In this document: positions 1-13,851 of the stretch, piece after piece
How positions within the stretch are numbered: position 1 is the first letter of the stretch
How the letters are laid out: the number at the start of each line of letters is the position of its first letter
From: Microbotryum violaceum
Taxonomy: Eukaryota
Length of the DNA stretch: 59,399 bases
Reading direction: 5' to 3'
NCBI GenBank assembly: GCA_001244265.2
Contig: CDLV01000021.1
Location: 124,001 to 183,399, forward strand
Notes under the pieces: model-generated
Seen by the model: only the letters and a program-made list of their open reading frames with translations
What the model was told of the DNA's origin: nothing
Database searches by the model: none
Program-made: the position numbers and the translations under genes

Positions 1-3000
1 CGGCATCGGCGTCTTCGCCATCTTCCTCCTCGGCACCACTTCGTTCCCGATAAGGTGCCGGGAGCTCCTCGTCACCTGCGGCGTCGCCCTCGTTCTCGTC
101 GCCCTCGGTCCGCGCTCGACCTCCCGCCTTGTTGACCTTGGTCCCCTTGCCTAGGCTGGAAGCCTGACTCTTATTCTCCCTGTCATTCTGCTTGACCTCC
201 TTCAAGATGGCCTTGTCCAAGAGGTACACGAACTGTCGTTCGATACACGCCAAGATCTGCTCGGCTTCGATCGCATGCTCCTTCTCGTAGTCCTCGCGAG
301 GGAACAGATCCAAACGAATCGTGTAGAGCTTCTGCCGCGAATGGTTGTTCGCCTCCGTCTTGGCCGAAAGGGTTTCGCGCACCGTGACTTCGTCGACGAC
401 CTGAGACAGCGTCAACCTCGTCGAGTCTTGGCAGAACGTAGCGAGGTTTGCTTCGGAGACGTTCGCGAGGATGGGTAACTGCATCGTCGGCGTCCTGATG
501 TTTTGAGAAGCGGTCATGACGATTTCCCTCAATCGAGGGATACCGAGCGTGACGTTGGCCGCACCGTGGCCGGCGAAATGGAACGTGTTAAGCGTCATCT
601 GCGTCGAAGGCTCGCCGACACCTTGCGAGGCCATCAACCCGACCGCTTCTCCCGGTTCGACCAAAGAACGCATGTACCGCATGTACATCAACGAGCGGAA
701 GTGCGCGAGGTCCATCAGTTCGTCCGTGCGCACGAAAGCGGGCCAGTCCGCGCGATGCTTCTTCTTGGTTCGGAGCAGGCGCTGCGGGTTCGTCTTGATG
801 TAGTTCTCTATTGCGGCGGCGTAGGTCTCGGAAATGGAGCCGAGATGAGTCGAAGGCGAGAGCCTTGATAGGACGGGCGGGACGCGATCAGGGTGCTTGA
901 GCGCCTCCTTTGATGGCCCTTCCCCGAGGTCGACGACGCGGTCCAAGACCTCTTTAGGCGAATAACGCTGCACGAGCGAGGCCGTATTCCGAACCGTGAA
1001 CTCGATCTGGTGCAGGTGCTTCTGCTTCGTCACGTCCAGCCCGTCCTCACCGTATTGGAACTGCAGGATAGACTGATCGGAATTGCGCACGGTGTGGTCG
1101 TAGTGTACCCTCAACCCTTCAAGATGCTTGATCAAGCAACGTTGGAGATACCCCGAACGACTCGTTTTGACGGCCGTATCGATCAAACCTTCTCGACCAG
1201 CCATGCAATGGAAGTAGTACTCCTGGGGTCGAATACCCGTCAAGAAGCGACCGGCAACAAAGCCACCCGCGCGTGGTGCGGTCTCGAACGGTTTAAACGA
1301 AGGCAACGTCTTTCCACTGACCATCGTCGGCACGCGTCGACCTTCCAACGACTGTTGGCCCAAGAGGCACGAGATCTGCGAAGCGTTGACGTTGGACCCT
1401 TTGGCTCCCGAAACGGTCATCGTTTGCATGTGGTTGTGCGGGAACGGCTTAATCAATCCGCCGGGGAGACAGGTTTTGATCAACGAGGTCGTGACCCCGT
1501 TCGTTTCACCTTCGACGGTCGCGTCCAAGCCTGCGAGCTTGTAGTCGTCGCGCAGCACTTCCTCCAATCGATCGCGCAGATCATCGGCGGTCGCGGGATC
1601 CGATCGATCGGCTTCAGCAAGCCCGACGTAGTCCAACGCTGCTCTCAAACCTTTGGCGTTGACGGTCTGCAGCATTTTGCGTCGGTCCGCATTCCCCTGC
1701 GGCGTCAGGAGTAGATCGTCCATTCGGCAGGTGAAGGCCCTCGACTGCAAGAACTTGGTCAAGACCCTTGACAAAATGGAGAGCAATTTGCCCGCGATCG
1801 TCGCACCGTAGAGCTCGTACACCGAATGAACGAGACCATAAGGCGAAGCACCAATTTGAGCCTTGTCGAGTATGCCGCAGATGAGTTCACCGTCGACAAA
1901 GACAACCTGTTCTTCCGTGACATGCGCAGGACCCCACATCGAACCGGGAACTTTGGCCTTGCAGGTAAAGTTGATGCCCGCCGCATGCCGAGGCTTGATG
2001 TTGAGCAGCAAAGTCGAGATGACCTGCTTGCCCGTCCACAGCGGCCTCGGCTTCCAAATGGTCGGCGGCAACGTCTTGAGCAGACCGTCTTCGCCCGAAT
2101 AATCATCCTCGGAGCGCAGGGCACCGTAGATGAGTTGTTGGTACTGCTCGCGCGTGAAAAAGGTGTCCTTGTTCGTCAACCACACGCCGGCAACGACGTG
2201 ATCCTGAATCAGACCGCGCAAGGGGTTTCCGGACGTCGGCACGAGGTATTGGTTGTCCGTGTTGGCGATCAGACGAGCCTCGGCTTGCGCGATCAACGAT
2301 TGCGGGAAATGAATGTTCATTTCTGCAAACCACATCGCAGGAGGGGTCTTTAGCGAATAAAGCGCGACCATCCGAGACTGACTCCGCTGAACTCACCATC
2401 ACCGTCAAAATCGGCGTTGTAAGAGTTACAGTTCGCATAATGCATCCTGATAGTCTTTTCACCCTTTAGCACCCGAACGCGATGACACATCATCGAAGGC
2501 TTGTGCAGAGTCGGTTGTCGATTCAAGATGACGATATCCCCGTCCTGCAAGTGTCGGTAGACCTTGCGGTTGATTTGCGGGGTGCGGGTTGAGGGCAGGC
2601 CGACATCCGGTCGATCGAGGCGGGAGGTGGCTGAGGCGCGCGATTCAGGCGCCAGGAGTTTATTGGCGTGCGCGGTACGGTCTTCAATTGAGAGCTTGTC
2701 CTATGGTATGAGGCTTCAGATTGTCAGTTTCGAAGACCCTCAGACACCGAGAGCGCACTCGCAACGTACCAGTGAAAGCAAGTGACCATCTTCCATCTGA
2801 ATGAAAGCTGCACCCGGGTGCTTGTGCGGTCCATTAATGACCATCTGCCTCAACAGCTGCACATTATGATCCGTCACCGGTTCCGGCAAGGTCAACTTTC
2901 TCGCGAAAACAGGCGGCACACCGATCTCGTTCGTCTCGATATTGACATCAGGGGAGATGACCGAACGTGCGGCGTAGTTGACACGTTTGCCCATCATATT

Positions 3001-4801
3001 TTGTCGGAACAGCCCTTCCTTCTTCTCGAGGAGTTGTTTGACACCCGGTGGTGGGAATTTGCCCTGTTTGACGATCATGGGGTTCTTGGATGAGTCCATC
3101 ATCGAGTTGACCGCGACCTGGAGGTTGATCAAAGATTCCAACAATTGGATGTACAAACGCGTCGGATCAACGGTCGGCTTCTCCCCTGCGACGACGCCAT
3201 TACCATTCGCTTCGAGGATGGCCTTTTGCGCGTTCGCGAGGTTGACATTAAGGTCGCGGACAACGAACGTCTGCCTCAGGATGCCGTTCAGCAAAGCGTT
3301 TTGCGGGTTCTCAAACACCTGATCACCCATCGTCGAAGCGGGCCTGAACCGTGTCGGAGGAACGGCGACGACGTCCATGAAGAAGATGTCGGCCGACGCA
3401 TCGGGCTGAGTCGACGATAGAGGGCCGTGTGGTGCGTAGAGCAGGGCGATGATCTCGGCCTCGTTCTTGAACAGGAGACGGAGGTGCGCTCGTACTTCTT
3501 GAGCGAGAATGAGGCGCTCGGTTTGGCGTCGTACGGCACCAACGTTGCGGTCGTCGGCGAGCGGGTCGTCGTCCTCGTCTTCATCCTCCTCCTCATCCTC
3601 GCTCGTCATGTTGGCCGAAGATCGATCGTCGTCATCATCGTGAGGATCGTGCTCATGATCGACGTCCATCGCGTCCTCGTTCTTTGCCGCCGGCACAGCT
3701 CCGTTCTTGGTTGATGCGAGCATCAGATCCTTCATCTTCATCCTCTTGATCCCTTTACTCGCATGAATCGCAACCTGCTTGCCGACCAAACTATACTCGA
3801 CAATCTTGGTGTGCCCTTCCTTCCTCAACCGATGCGCGAACGCGCCACACCTCGTGCACTTCTTCTTGCCCGCCAACAACTTGATAAATTCGGCCATGAC
3901 TTTTTTCCTCTGATCGTAGACCGTGCCCGATCGTTTGTATTCGTCGCGCGTGGTCGAAGAAGGATCGAGCTTGGTCGCGCGCTTAATCGCCCTCGCGACA
4001 AAGGTCTTGAGGCGAATTCCAAAGTCCTCGATCGATTCGACCTCGTTCTCCTCCTCGTCGGGTTCGACCTGTCCCGGTTCCAACGTCGATTCACCGACCT
4101 CTCGATCGGCGAGGGTGGCGTCCTTGTCGTGCTTCTTGTTCTTCTTCTCGCCCGAGGAAGCGGCGCCGATGATGTTGATCTTGGTCAGTTCGTTCGCTTC
4201 GACGACCAGGCCTCGTTCGAGCAAAGTCAACCGGGCAATATATTTAAACACCTGTCGGAGCAAAAATGGTCTATGGTCAGTCACCCTACTTTTTTGCATT
4301 TCCCCCCGCTTGGAACTTTTGCATACTGACCAGAGCCTCGGAGATCAAGAAACGATGACAGTAGGTGCAAGTTCCCCGCAACAACTGGTACGCTTGGATC
4401 AGGTACAGAGGGTGGAACATGGGCTGTGGGAGTTCAATGTGACCAAAGTGACCGGGGCAGTCGTACGAGTTGAGTTTGCATGTCGTACAGCTGTGAGATC
4501 GCATTAGGAGGGACGGGAAAATAGGGGGGGGGGGGAAGGAGGAGTGAACAGGAGCGCAAAAGCGGAGGTCAGCTCTCGGCCCAAGCCACCAACAGTGCAA
4601 TGAAGATGAAACGCACATATCCCCCCTGTTGAGCGGTCCAAAAGCCGGGTCGTACAACCCCGCCTTGTTGGGCTCGTTGAGGTTGTTGAACAGGACCGGA
4701 TTCACGACCTGCTTGACACTGATCTTGCGCACGTCGGCCGCGGTCAGGTACGAGAACGAGATGGACGATATTTGCGACGAGATCGGTTGCGAGATGTTCA
4801 T
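1..4801 (-). CDS. RPA190: DNA-directed RNA polymerase I largest subunit (multi-exon; 3' end runs off the window)
   Basis: Start [11 protein letters not shown] at 4801. Zn motif C..C......[38 protein letters not shown], catalytic [11 protein letters not shown] split by an intron near 2395, and [10 protein letters not shown] near 570-600. The [11 protein letters not shown] and PTLHKPSMM variants are Pol I-type. Confidence 0.95.
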
Positions 4802-5372
4802 CGTGGGCTAGGATCGAGGTGGAGGGAGGTGGAGGGTGATGAGCGGCGGGGACTGGCTGGCGGGACAGTTGGGCTTGAAGCTGAGCTCGGGTTGCGAATG
4901 AGCGAGCTCAGCGGAGAGCGCACGGGCTGCCAGCTGTTCGTTTCGCTCCTGCAGTTGTCCACAACGTCGATGCGAGGACCACGACCAGTAGAGGACCTTT
5001 GTCGAACGATCGGGCACTCGTTACGAGATGACGGAACAACGAGTGAAGTGGTTGGTCAAACTCAGGCGCGGAGCTCGACCAGTCCAGATCGTGCCCCGCG
5101 CCGCTTGCGAAATGCCCCAAGTCCATCCGCTCGGACCTCCTCCCGATATCGCCCAGGTCTCGTGATTAGCGCCGAGACATGGCATCCGGAGTGCATCGCT
5201 TCTGGGGACTCGCATTTTTTTATTTTTTTTAAAATCATTCGATATGTAAAGTTAATGAAATACAACAACAACGAATAGTGGAACTAGAGGTAGCGCGTCC
5301 GACCAGGGAGCAGATTTTCGCTCCGTGGGTATCGAGTGACCCCCCACCCTTCACTCCCTGTCGAGGACCACC

Positions 5373-6280
5373 TCAGAACGCCCACAGTCCAGCAACATAG
5401 TACCTCTTTTCCGCCGCTTCCTCCCCACCATCGTCGACCCAACAGAGCCCACTCTCGACACCCTTGCTGAGCGCCCTCACGCACCTCTCGGCCCCCCACC
5501 CTTCGCCCATCTTGAACCTGACCAGATCCTCAACGGTGAGGTAGCCTTTCTCCGTCGCGAGTTGTACAACAAGGAACGAATCCGTGTCGAGTGCTTGGGG
5601 TCGACATTGCACCAACTTGATGCTCGCGTTCGAGGTTGCCGAGGCGGAAGATTTTGCGCCAGCGTCGGAGTGATTCTCGACTCCATTCGACGAAACGACC
5701 TTGTACCCACAACCCAAAGGTTCCAACACTTGAATAGCTTTTTCCAAATCTCCGACAGTGACTTGTTCCGTTCGATCGTTCTTTCCCCCATTCCTCAACT
5801 TTCTGACCCCCTGTAAAACAACTTCCACGCTGACCAATCCACCGGTCGCGTCCCTCAAGTTCAAACAGACGTCCACGACCTGCACCCCCAAAGCCACATA
5901 CCATTCGCCCAAACCTAGTCGATCCCAGAGCTTCTTTTTGCCGCCACCTAACGGATCCAAGCCCAACTCGGCGCAGAGACGAGTGAATTCGGAGCGGAAG
6001 GTCGGGGAGGAGAGGATGCGAGCTCGATGGGTCGTCGAGAAGGACGCGAGAGCGGTGGTGAACGTTTGTAGTTGGGCTTGGAGAGATTGGGCTTGGGAGC
6101 TGAGGAGCGAGGTCGAGAGCGTGCCTGTAGATGAGATAGGGGCTTAGTGCACGCCCGGAAAGGGGTGCGGGGAGGTCGAAAGAGAGAGAGAGAGAGAAGA
6201 TAAGGAAGCTTACTGTAATGGGACTGCGAATCGAGGTGTCGTTGCAGCGAGGTGTAGCCTACACCGGTTCGTCTGGCCAT
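5373..6280 (-). CDS. SNF8: ESCRT-II subunit Snf8/Vps22 (EAP30 family), two exons
   Basis: MARRTGVG start, GLDPL.....W..LGLGEWYVALGVQVVDVC, and C-terminal GLCWVDD...YY. Intron about 6128-6206. Confidence 0.9.
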
Positions 6281-6472
6281 CGCGAAGGCTTGTTGCCGTA
6301 TTCGGGGTGCTATAGGCTATGTTGTACGAGCGAGAAACGCGCGGCAGTCGAGCTTCCCCCACGTCCCAACTCACGCGCTTCTCATCCCCGCTCATCCCCG
6401 CTCATCCTCGTCCTGTTCGGCACTCCACTCTGGCTCCGAACTGGTACAACTTGGTGCGTTCGGCGGCAGAAG

Positions 6473-9400
6473 ATGGGCCAACACCTATCCGTACCACCGT
6501 CCTCGTACGCCACAGCAGGAGCGAACCATGGCTCCTCCACGGCGACGGGCACGCTCGTAACCGCTGCAGCAGCGCCATCGAACGGCCAAGCAGCGAACGC
6601 GACGAATGCCTCTTCGGCGATCGGCGGCGGCCTCCTCGGCGAGTTGGGCGCCGAGTTTGGCTACGACAAGAGGTAAGTCAACTCGGCTGCTTCACAACAG
6701 GAACTTACCGAGCTCATCACCGGCCACATCCACAGCATGGGCACCTCCCGATTCCTCAAGACGATCCGAGCTCGTCATCGCTCAGGAGCTCTCGTCGTCA
6801 AGGTCTTTGTCAAGGATGACCCGGGACTGAGTTTCAAGCCGTTCGAGGAGAGGATAAAGCGTGCGTTGTACTCGTCGCTGTGTGCGCAACGCTCTCCGTC
6901 TCTCATGGCTGATCTATCCGTTCCCCTTCTCCCCCACTTGTATCAGTTGAACGAGAAGCCCTCTTACAAGGAGCGAATGTGCTCGCCTATCAGCGGGCCG
7001 TGGAGACCGATCGTGCGACGTATCTTATTCGACAGTGGATGGCTTCGAATCTGTACGATCGCATCAGGTCAGTCCCAGCAAGATGACGTTCCGGGCTCAC
7101 GAATGCCGTCTAATCGCTCGCTTGTTCGTTCCTCCAATCACCTCGATAGTACGAGGCCGTTCTTGACCTCGATCGAGAAAAAGTGGATCGCGTTCCAGCT
7201 GTTGATGGGATTGCGATATGCTCACGAGAGAGGCGTAAGTTGATATTGTTGACGACAAAGAGTCCACTCCGCAGGGCTGATTTCACCCCCACCTGGGAAC
7301 AGATCTCCCACGGTGACATCAAGACCGAGAACGTGCTGTGCACCTCGTGGTCCTGGGCCCTCTTGACCGATTTTCCGTCGGCCTTCAAACCTACCTACCT
7401 CCCCCTCGACGATCCCTCGATCTTTTCCTACTACTTCGACACCTCTTCCCGACGAACATGCTACCTCGCGCCCGAACGTTTCTATCACCCTGATTCCGAG
7501 ATCGCTCGTCAAAAAGCAACCTTGCGCTGGGGTCAAAGCGATGGACCCGTAACGGAAGCAATGGACGTCTTCAGTCTCGGCTGCGTCATGGCTGAAATGT
7601 GGATGGAAGGTACACCACCTTTCACTCTATCACAATTGTTCAAATACCGCGAAGAAGGAACGACGACGGCTGTCGAACCGCAGGAAGGGGAACGGTATTC
7701 GTTGGAACCGTACCTCAACGAGATCGAGGACGCCCCGATGAGGGATCTTATTCGGTCAATGGTCTCGCGGCAGCCTAGTCAACGAAAGAGCTGTAAGGAC
7801 TATCTGGACGAGTCCAAGGGAACGGTCTTCCCCGAAGTTTTTTATACTTTCCTCCATCCCTTTTTGGCGGGATTGAACGAGGGGTCGTCGATTGGTGCTG
7901 AAGGAGGAATGAACGTAAACCCTGCCTCGACGGGAATCACGACCACGACTCTGGGTGGTGAGAAGCTGGTTCCTCGTTCGATGGAGACCAGCACGAGCTT
8001 GCGATCGGACTCGGACGACAAGATCGAGAGAGTGTGGAACGAATGGGAGATGGTGATGCAGTACCTCGAAGATGACCTCGTCGCGTCGACCCTCATCAAC
8101 AAGGACGCCGATGTGGCGGAGCCTACACCTGTGCCGGGGACACCAGCCGAAACCTTTCCTGTCCTTTTGGACGTCCCGGGCCTCGAAGCATCCCCCGCTA
8201 GAGGAGGGACCTTCGAGGATGGCCCCGCCTTGATTCTCCTCTCCCTCCTCTGCTCGAATCTGCGCAACTGCGTCCGACCTAGTTCGGTGTTGCGGTGTCT
8301 GGATCTGCTTTTGGCGCTGAGTCGTTGCTTGACGGATGAAACCAAGCTGGATAGGTTGGTGCCTTATTTGGTCGCCACGCTTGGGGACGACGCGCCGATG
8401 GTCCGGAGTGCGGCCATTAGGAGTTTGACGCAGGTGGTGCGTAGTCTCTCGAGAGCTCTTCCGCGTATGATCGTCGAGCTGAACTTTGCTTGGTCCGCAG
8501 CTCCTGACGATCGACTCGGTGACACCTCTTAACGCCTCCATCTACACGGAGTACATCCTACCCAACATGCGACCCCTAGCGACCGACGACTCGCTCCTCG
8601 TTCGATCCATGTATGCGACCTGCCTCCCCTCTCTAGCAACCCAAGCCAAACTCGTGCTCGACACGAATCAAGCGCTACAAACTACTTCCTCCGCCGCGAT
8701 CCCACAACCCCCACTCGACGACATCCCTGAAACCTATGACTTCCAGCTCCTCACTCTCCACCAAACGATTCAAGACCATCTCCACCCTCTACTCTCCGAC
8801 CCTGACCCCTTGGTCCGTCGGTCGCTCCTTTCCCACATCGGCGAACTGTGCACCTTCTTCGGTCCCCATCGAGCGAACGATGCCGTCTTGGCTCATTTGG
8901 TAACGTACCTCAATTCGAGCGAATGGAGATTGAGGGAAGCGTGGAACAAAGGTGCGGGGGAGGTTGTCAAAGTCGTAGGAGGTAAAAGCTGGGAGATGTT
9001 CTTGGCGCCTTTGATGGTGTTGAGTTTGGCAGGTCAGTTTCCATCCCTCTGCCCGTCTCCATTTCCTTGAAACATCGCTGATAACTGGGTGGTGGAATGC
9101 GACGGGGATAGATAAAGAAGAGTTTGTGACGGTTCAAGTTTTGACCTCGCTGACTTCGTTGATGCGACAAGATCTGATCACCAAAGTCAAAAAGTGGGAA
9201 TTGGTCGGACTCATCACGGGCTTCTTGTGCCATCCCAACATTTGGATACGAGAAGGTGCGTCCCAAGAGGTCTAAATCTCGCCCGAGATTGCAACTGAGG
9301 CCTGTGTACTTCTCAGGTGCTGCGAGTTTCCTCGCTTCAACGAGCGATACGTTGGACCCGACGGATCGATGGTGTATCCTCTACCCGACGATAAAGAGGC

Positions 9401-12400
9401 TTTTACGTGCGGACATCAAGGAAATTACGGCCTTGTCCATCTTGGACAATGCGAGGGAACCGGTTCGTCCCTACCAAAGGGCTGCATTCGGATCTCATCC
9501 TGCGAGAAGAGTAGTAGTCCTGATGCTTCCATGATGTTTTCAGCTGTCCCGGGTCATTTTTGAAGCCGCAGTGAGCTGGGCCGGCCGAGCAGGTAAGAGT
9601 CATTTTTGGAGCGCGAATGGATCAAGTAAGAACGCGACGAGGGAGAAGGGCGCACCGAGGGACGTCGGAGTGAGGACGGACGAGTAAGTCGATACGAGCC
9701 CATTAGAAGATTCTCAAGCTGATGAAAAGAGACTGTGACGCACAAGGGACCAAGCCCAATTGGACAAGATGCGACAATTGGGGATGAAGTTCCCTGACGA
9801 TGAGGTCAAGCTTAACCTTATGAGGGATTACATCTCTCGTTTGGCGCTCGCTCGGCAGGCGTGAGTAGTTCGATGCTCATCACAGAATGTTTGGCAGTAA
9901 TGGCTGATTTCTTTGCACTCTCTCAATCCATTCTGCAGCAACCCAACCAAATCGACTGAGCCGACCTCCTCATCCACACTCGACCCGATCACCCACCATC
10001 CCGCCACGGTCCTCCAAGACCTCGGAATCATCCCCGAAACGATCTTTTTCAACATCAAGAACGACGAATTCAACGCACCAACCGACCGATCAACGAGCGG
10101 TCTCCCACGTCGCTTCTCCCTCGAACCCTCGAGTACACCACGATCGGTGTCGGAGTTCAGTGGCTTGGGTGTCGGTGTCGGTACAAATCCCGATGGACGC
10201 GGATCGCGAAGTCGACAAGTGTCGGGTACGCCTTCCTCGACTACGGGGCAGATTGATGATTTGCGACGACGACTCGCTCAAACTTCCCTCGAGGGTACGA
10301 CGGTGCCACCCTTGATCGGTCCCTCTCCCTTGAGACATCCACAACAACGTACCGTGTCCGAAACTTCCTCCATCAAAACGCACGTCACTGAATCCTCAAC
10401 TACGACCACGACCACTTCCGGCACCCGAGTGCAAAAGAACCTGGTCGAAGTTGGCAAAGTTGGTGCGGAGGTCGGAGAAGATTTGGCGAACGCGCAGGGC
10501 AAATTCGAGGTTGCTCTAGGGACGTCGTCGCAAGTACGACGAGATGGCCCGATGGGAATTGGTTTGGGTGAGAGCCCTTGGGGTGGTCAGATGAAGAGGC
10601 CGTCGAGGTTGGGCAAGGTGCAGCAGCAGAGGTTCGAGACGACGTACGGTGAGTCATTATCTGAAACGGTTCTCGATAGCGGTTCTGCATTGTAAGAAGT
10701 TGACGTTCCTCTCTGTTGGTGCCTTGATCCAGCCGGAAGTGAAGCGGGGGTGAAGCAGCTGCTCGAACGTGCCTACCTGGAAACGTACCGCGAACCCATC
10801 GCCGATTTCGGACCGCACGTCCCCGTCGGCATCCCGCGTCGCAAAGCCCTACGCACGGCCTTTCCCCCACGAGATCGAACACCCTCTAAACCCGAAGGGA
10901 CGCTCATCGCGCACTTGGTCGAACATACCGCAGCCATCACTTCAATCGCGGTCTCGCCCGATCAACTCTTCTTCGTCACGGGTAGTCAAGACGGGACCGT
11001 TAAAGTGTGGGATTCGATCCGGCTCGAAAAGAACGTGACTTCAAAATCACGACAAACGTTCGATCAAGGCGGAAGGATCACGTGCGTTGGCGTTGTGGAG
11101 CATACGAGGTGTGTCGTTAGTGCGAGTGATAATGGGACTGTGTGGGTACATCGAGTCGATGTTGCTCTGGGAGGGTCGATGCCCCGGTACGGGAGGGCGG
11201 CGATGGTGAGGCAATGTACGATGCAGGGGAGGGGCGAATTTGTTACGTGCTTGGACAGCTACATCACAGGTTAGTTATGGTCTACTTGCATCGACTGTCG
11301 ACCTGTAAATCACTTACCAACGCCGAATCTGACGACGCAGAAACGACGACCAATTTGATTGTCGGCACCTCGCTGTCCACAATTCAAATCCTCGATCTGC
11401 GCACCATGCGGCCTCTGCATACCTGGCAAAACCCTTCGCACCTGGGTCCCATCTCCTCCCTATGCCTCGATCTGAAAAAAGTATGGCTCGTCGTCGGCAC
11501 GGCCCACGGCTTCCTCTCCCTCTGGGATCTCCGCTTCGGCCTCTTGCTCCGTTCGTGGTTGATCAGTCCCTCGTCGCACCGAATCGAACGAATCGTCGTC
11601 CACCCAACCAAAGGCAAAGGAAGATGGATCATTGTCTCCGTTCAGGATTCACTCGAGGCTGAAAGCGACGTGCACGCACATACTTCGACGACGCCACACG
11701 GGACGACGCAGATTGCCGAAGTCTGGGATCTGGAGAGAGCGCTCAAAGTGGAAGAGTTCAGAGTATCGTCCCCTTCGACCGTTGGAGACTCGACGAGTCG
11801 AAAAGCTTCAGGGACAGAGGGATTGAGGACGAACAAGACGTCGGGGAGCGCGATCGCTTCGACACCGGTATTTCGCGCGAAAGAAGCCGTGCTCGACCCG
11901 TCGAAAGCGATTGCGATTTTGCTTGAACAAGCCACGAATAAACGCAACAACCCGAACGGTGCTAAACTCTCCGACGTCCCCGCAATCAAATTCGATGAAA
12001 CGACGAAACCTACATCCTTGTCCTCGGTGCCCAGCAAATTGACCGTGCGAGCGCTGTGGGCCGGTGTCGATTACTCGCACACCGTCGAAGGTCTGACGTC
12101 CTCGTCTTCTCATCCTGGCGGCTTGCACCTCCTCGATGAAGCCTCGTCATCGAATGAGCGCTACGACCGTACAGGCGCAAAAGGCGGCTCGAGTGGTGCC
12201 GCAGGGTTCTTGTTGACGGCTGGGGAGGATCGTAAAGTGAGGTATTGGGATTTGGGCAAAGCTTCGCAGTCGACGATTGTGAGTGGGCAAGAGTTGGAGG
12301 AAGAGACGGCAGTGTTCACGTAAGTCACCTGTCATTTCCCCTTTCTCGTTCGGATGCTAAACTTTTCCTAACCCTATGATCGACCTTGATAAAGTCTGCA

Positions 12401-12611
12401 CTCATCAACAACGCGTCCCTCGATCTACTTGGAATCCCACCCGCCCTCGCAACGAACCTCGCGCGTTCACCGCTCGACCCTGATCGCGAATCACCAACAA
12501 CAACTCTTGCGAGCCCACCACGATGCGATCACGGCCTTGGCCATTGTCGATCTTCCCTTCAGGTGCATCATCACGGGTGATAGGAGTGGGGTGGTCAAGG
12601 TTTTTGAGTGA
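6473..12611 (+). CDS. VPS15: Phosphoinositide 3-kinase regulatory subunit Vps15 (kinase + HEAT + WD40), multi-exon
   Basis: MGQ myristoylation-type start, SRFLKTIRARH..G.LVVKVFVK, HGDIKTENV, FKPTYLPLDDP..FSYYFDTSSRRTCYLAPERF, DETKLDRLVPY, WD40 repeats, C-terminal ITGDRSGVVKVFE. Confidence 0.95.
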
Positions 12612-13172
12612 GGGGGGTAAAGGGAGAAGGGGGGAAATTATGCTATCGTAGTGCAATGCATGTACAGATCTCAGTGTGACTTTTTAGTGACATGGATGTG
12701 TCTCGGCGAGCTGTAGGGAGACGCTTGCAGAACAGCAGACGATACCATCAGCGTCCTTTCTCTGGGTGGCGACGGGAAGCAGTCAGGGGCCGTGTCGGAG
12801 GCTCCGGCGTTCCTTTATCAACTTGACCGCGAAGTTGGCAGCTCGGAGGTCTGATGAAGCACATGCCTGGGACACTGAGTTTCGTCTAACTTTTCGCCTC
12901 GCCACACCACGCCACAACAGTGCGGTCCAGAATTCGAAACCGGCTTATTGCGCTCGGACCGATTTCTAATCTTTTGTTTTTGGGGCCGCTCTGGGCCGCC
13001 CGCGATTGTCCGCCTGCCTGCGAGATTCGATCCTGGCTCAGACTTGCGCTCACAACCGATCCAACCCCAACTACGCTCCACTCCGGGACCTGTCTTCCGG
13101 GTTCGAATTCATTCTTTGCCCTCGTTCTCCCTCGTACCCTTTTCCCCACCTTCCCACCTCTTTTATAAAACG

Positions 13173-13851
13173 ATGGTCTCCCCGGCAGTGAACGTGAGTA
13201 CCGTCGGTCAATACGCTTCAGCGACTACGATGGCCGCAATCCTGGGATATGGACCAGTGACGGGGATCGGATTGAACCGCCGTGGACCTGTTGGTGTATC
13301 GTAAAGATTCGATGCGGCTGTACCGTTTGCGCCTACGTCGTGTGATCCGATCGCACCCGTCATCGTGCCTCGCTCGCTCGCTCGTTTCCCGACCCCCACA
13401 ACACCCCACTAACTCGAAAACGTGTGCTCCGCTTTCCCCAACACCACCCAGGTCGTGCGTTACTCTGCGCTTTTCTCCGGCATCGTGTACGGCTTCGTGC
13501 ACCGCCGCACGCTGCAGGCGCAGTTCGACTCGGACGCCGCGCGCCAAGAACTGCACAAGCGGGAACAGTGGCTCGAACAAGCGAAGAAGGCTTGGCAGGC
13601 CAAGGTCACCAAGAATGATGGTTGTGAGTTGGGGGGACGAGCGTTCGCACAGCGCGATCGGATCAGATCACGCGCCAAGTGGGCAGAGGGTTAGGGGGTC
13701 CAAATAGAAGAACAGATGGCCGTGGGGGAAAAAAAGGGCCCCGCATGCTACGACCCAATACTGACCACTCTCTTAAACCCTTTCATCAGTAATCACCGAC
13801 CCGGACGCACCAGGGTTCGATCTCGAGGCCGTGCTCAAGTCGCTCGAATAA
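13173..13851 (+). CDS. TIM11: Mitochondrial ATP synthase subunit e (Tim11/Atp21), three exons
   Basis: Spliced product MVSPAVN|VVRYSALFSGIVYGFVHRRTLQ...|ITDPDAPGFDLE matches the fungal subunit e pattern (RYSAL..G..YG; ITDP..P.FDLE). Confidence 0.9.

Noticed and set aside
275-4507. Long plus-strand ORFs opposite RPA190 (similar cases opposite VPS15, UBA3 and UGA1)
   Set aside because: These are antisense shadows of GC3-biased coding sequence with no independent motifs.
13194-13451. Intronic snoRNA in the long first intron of subunit e
   Set aside because: No convincing RTGATGA/CTGA boxes or H/ACA layout.
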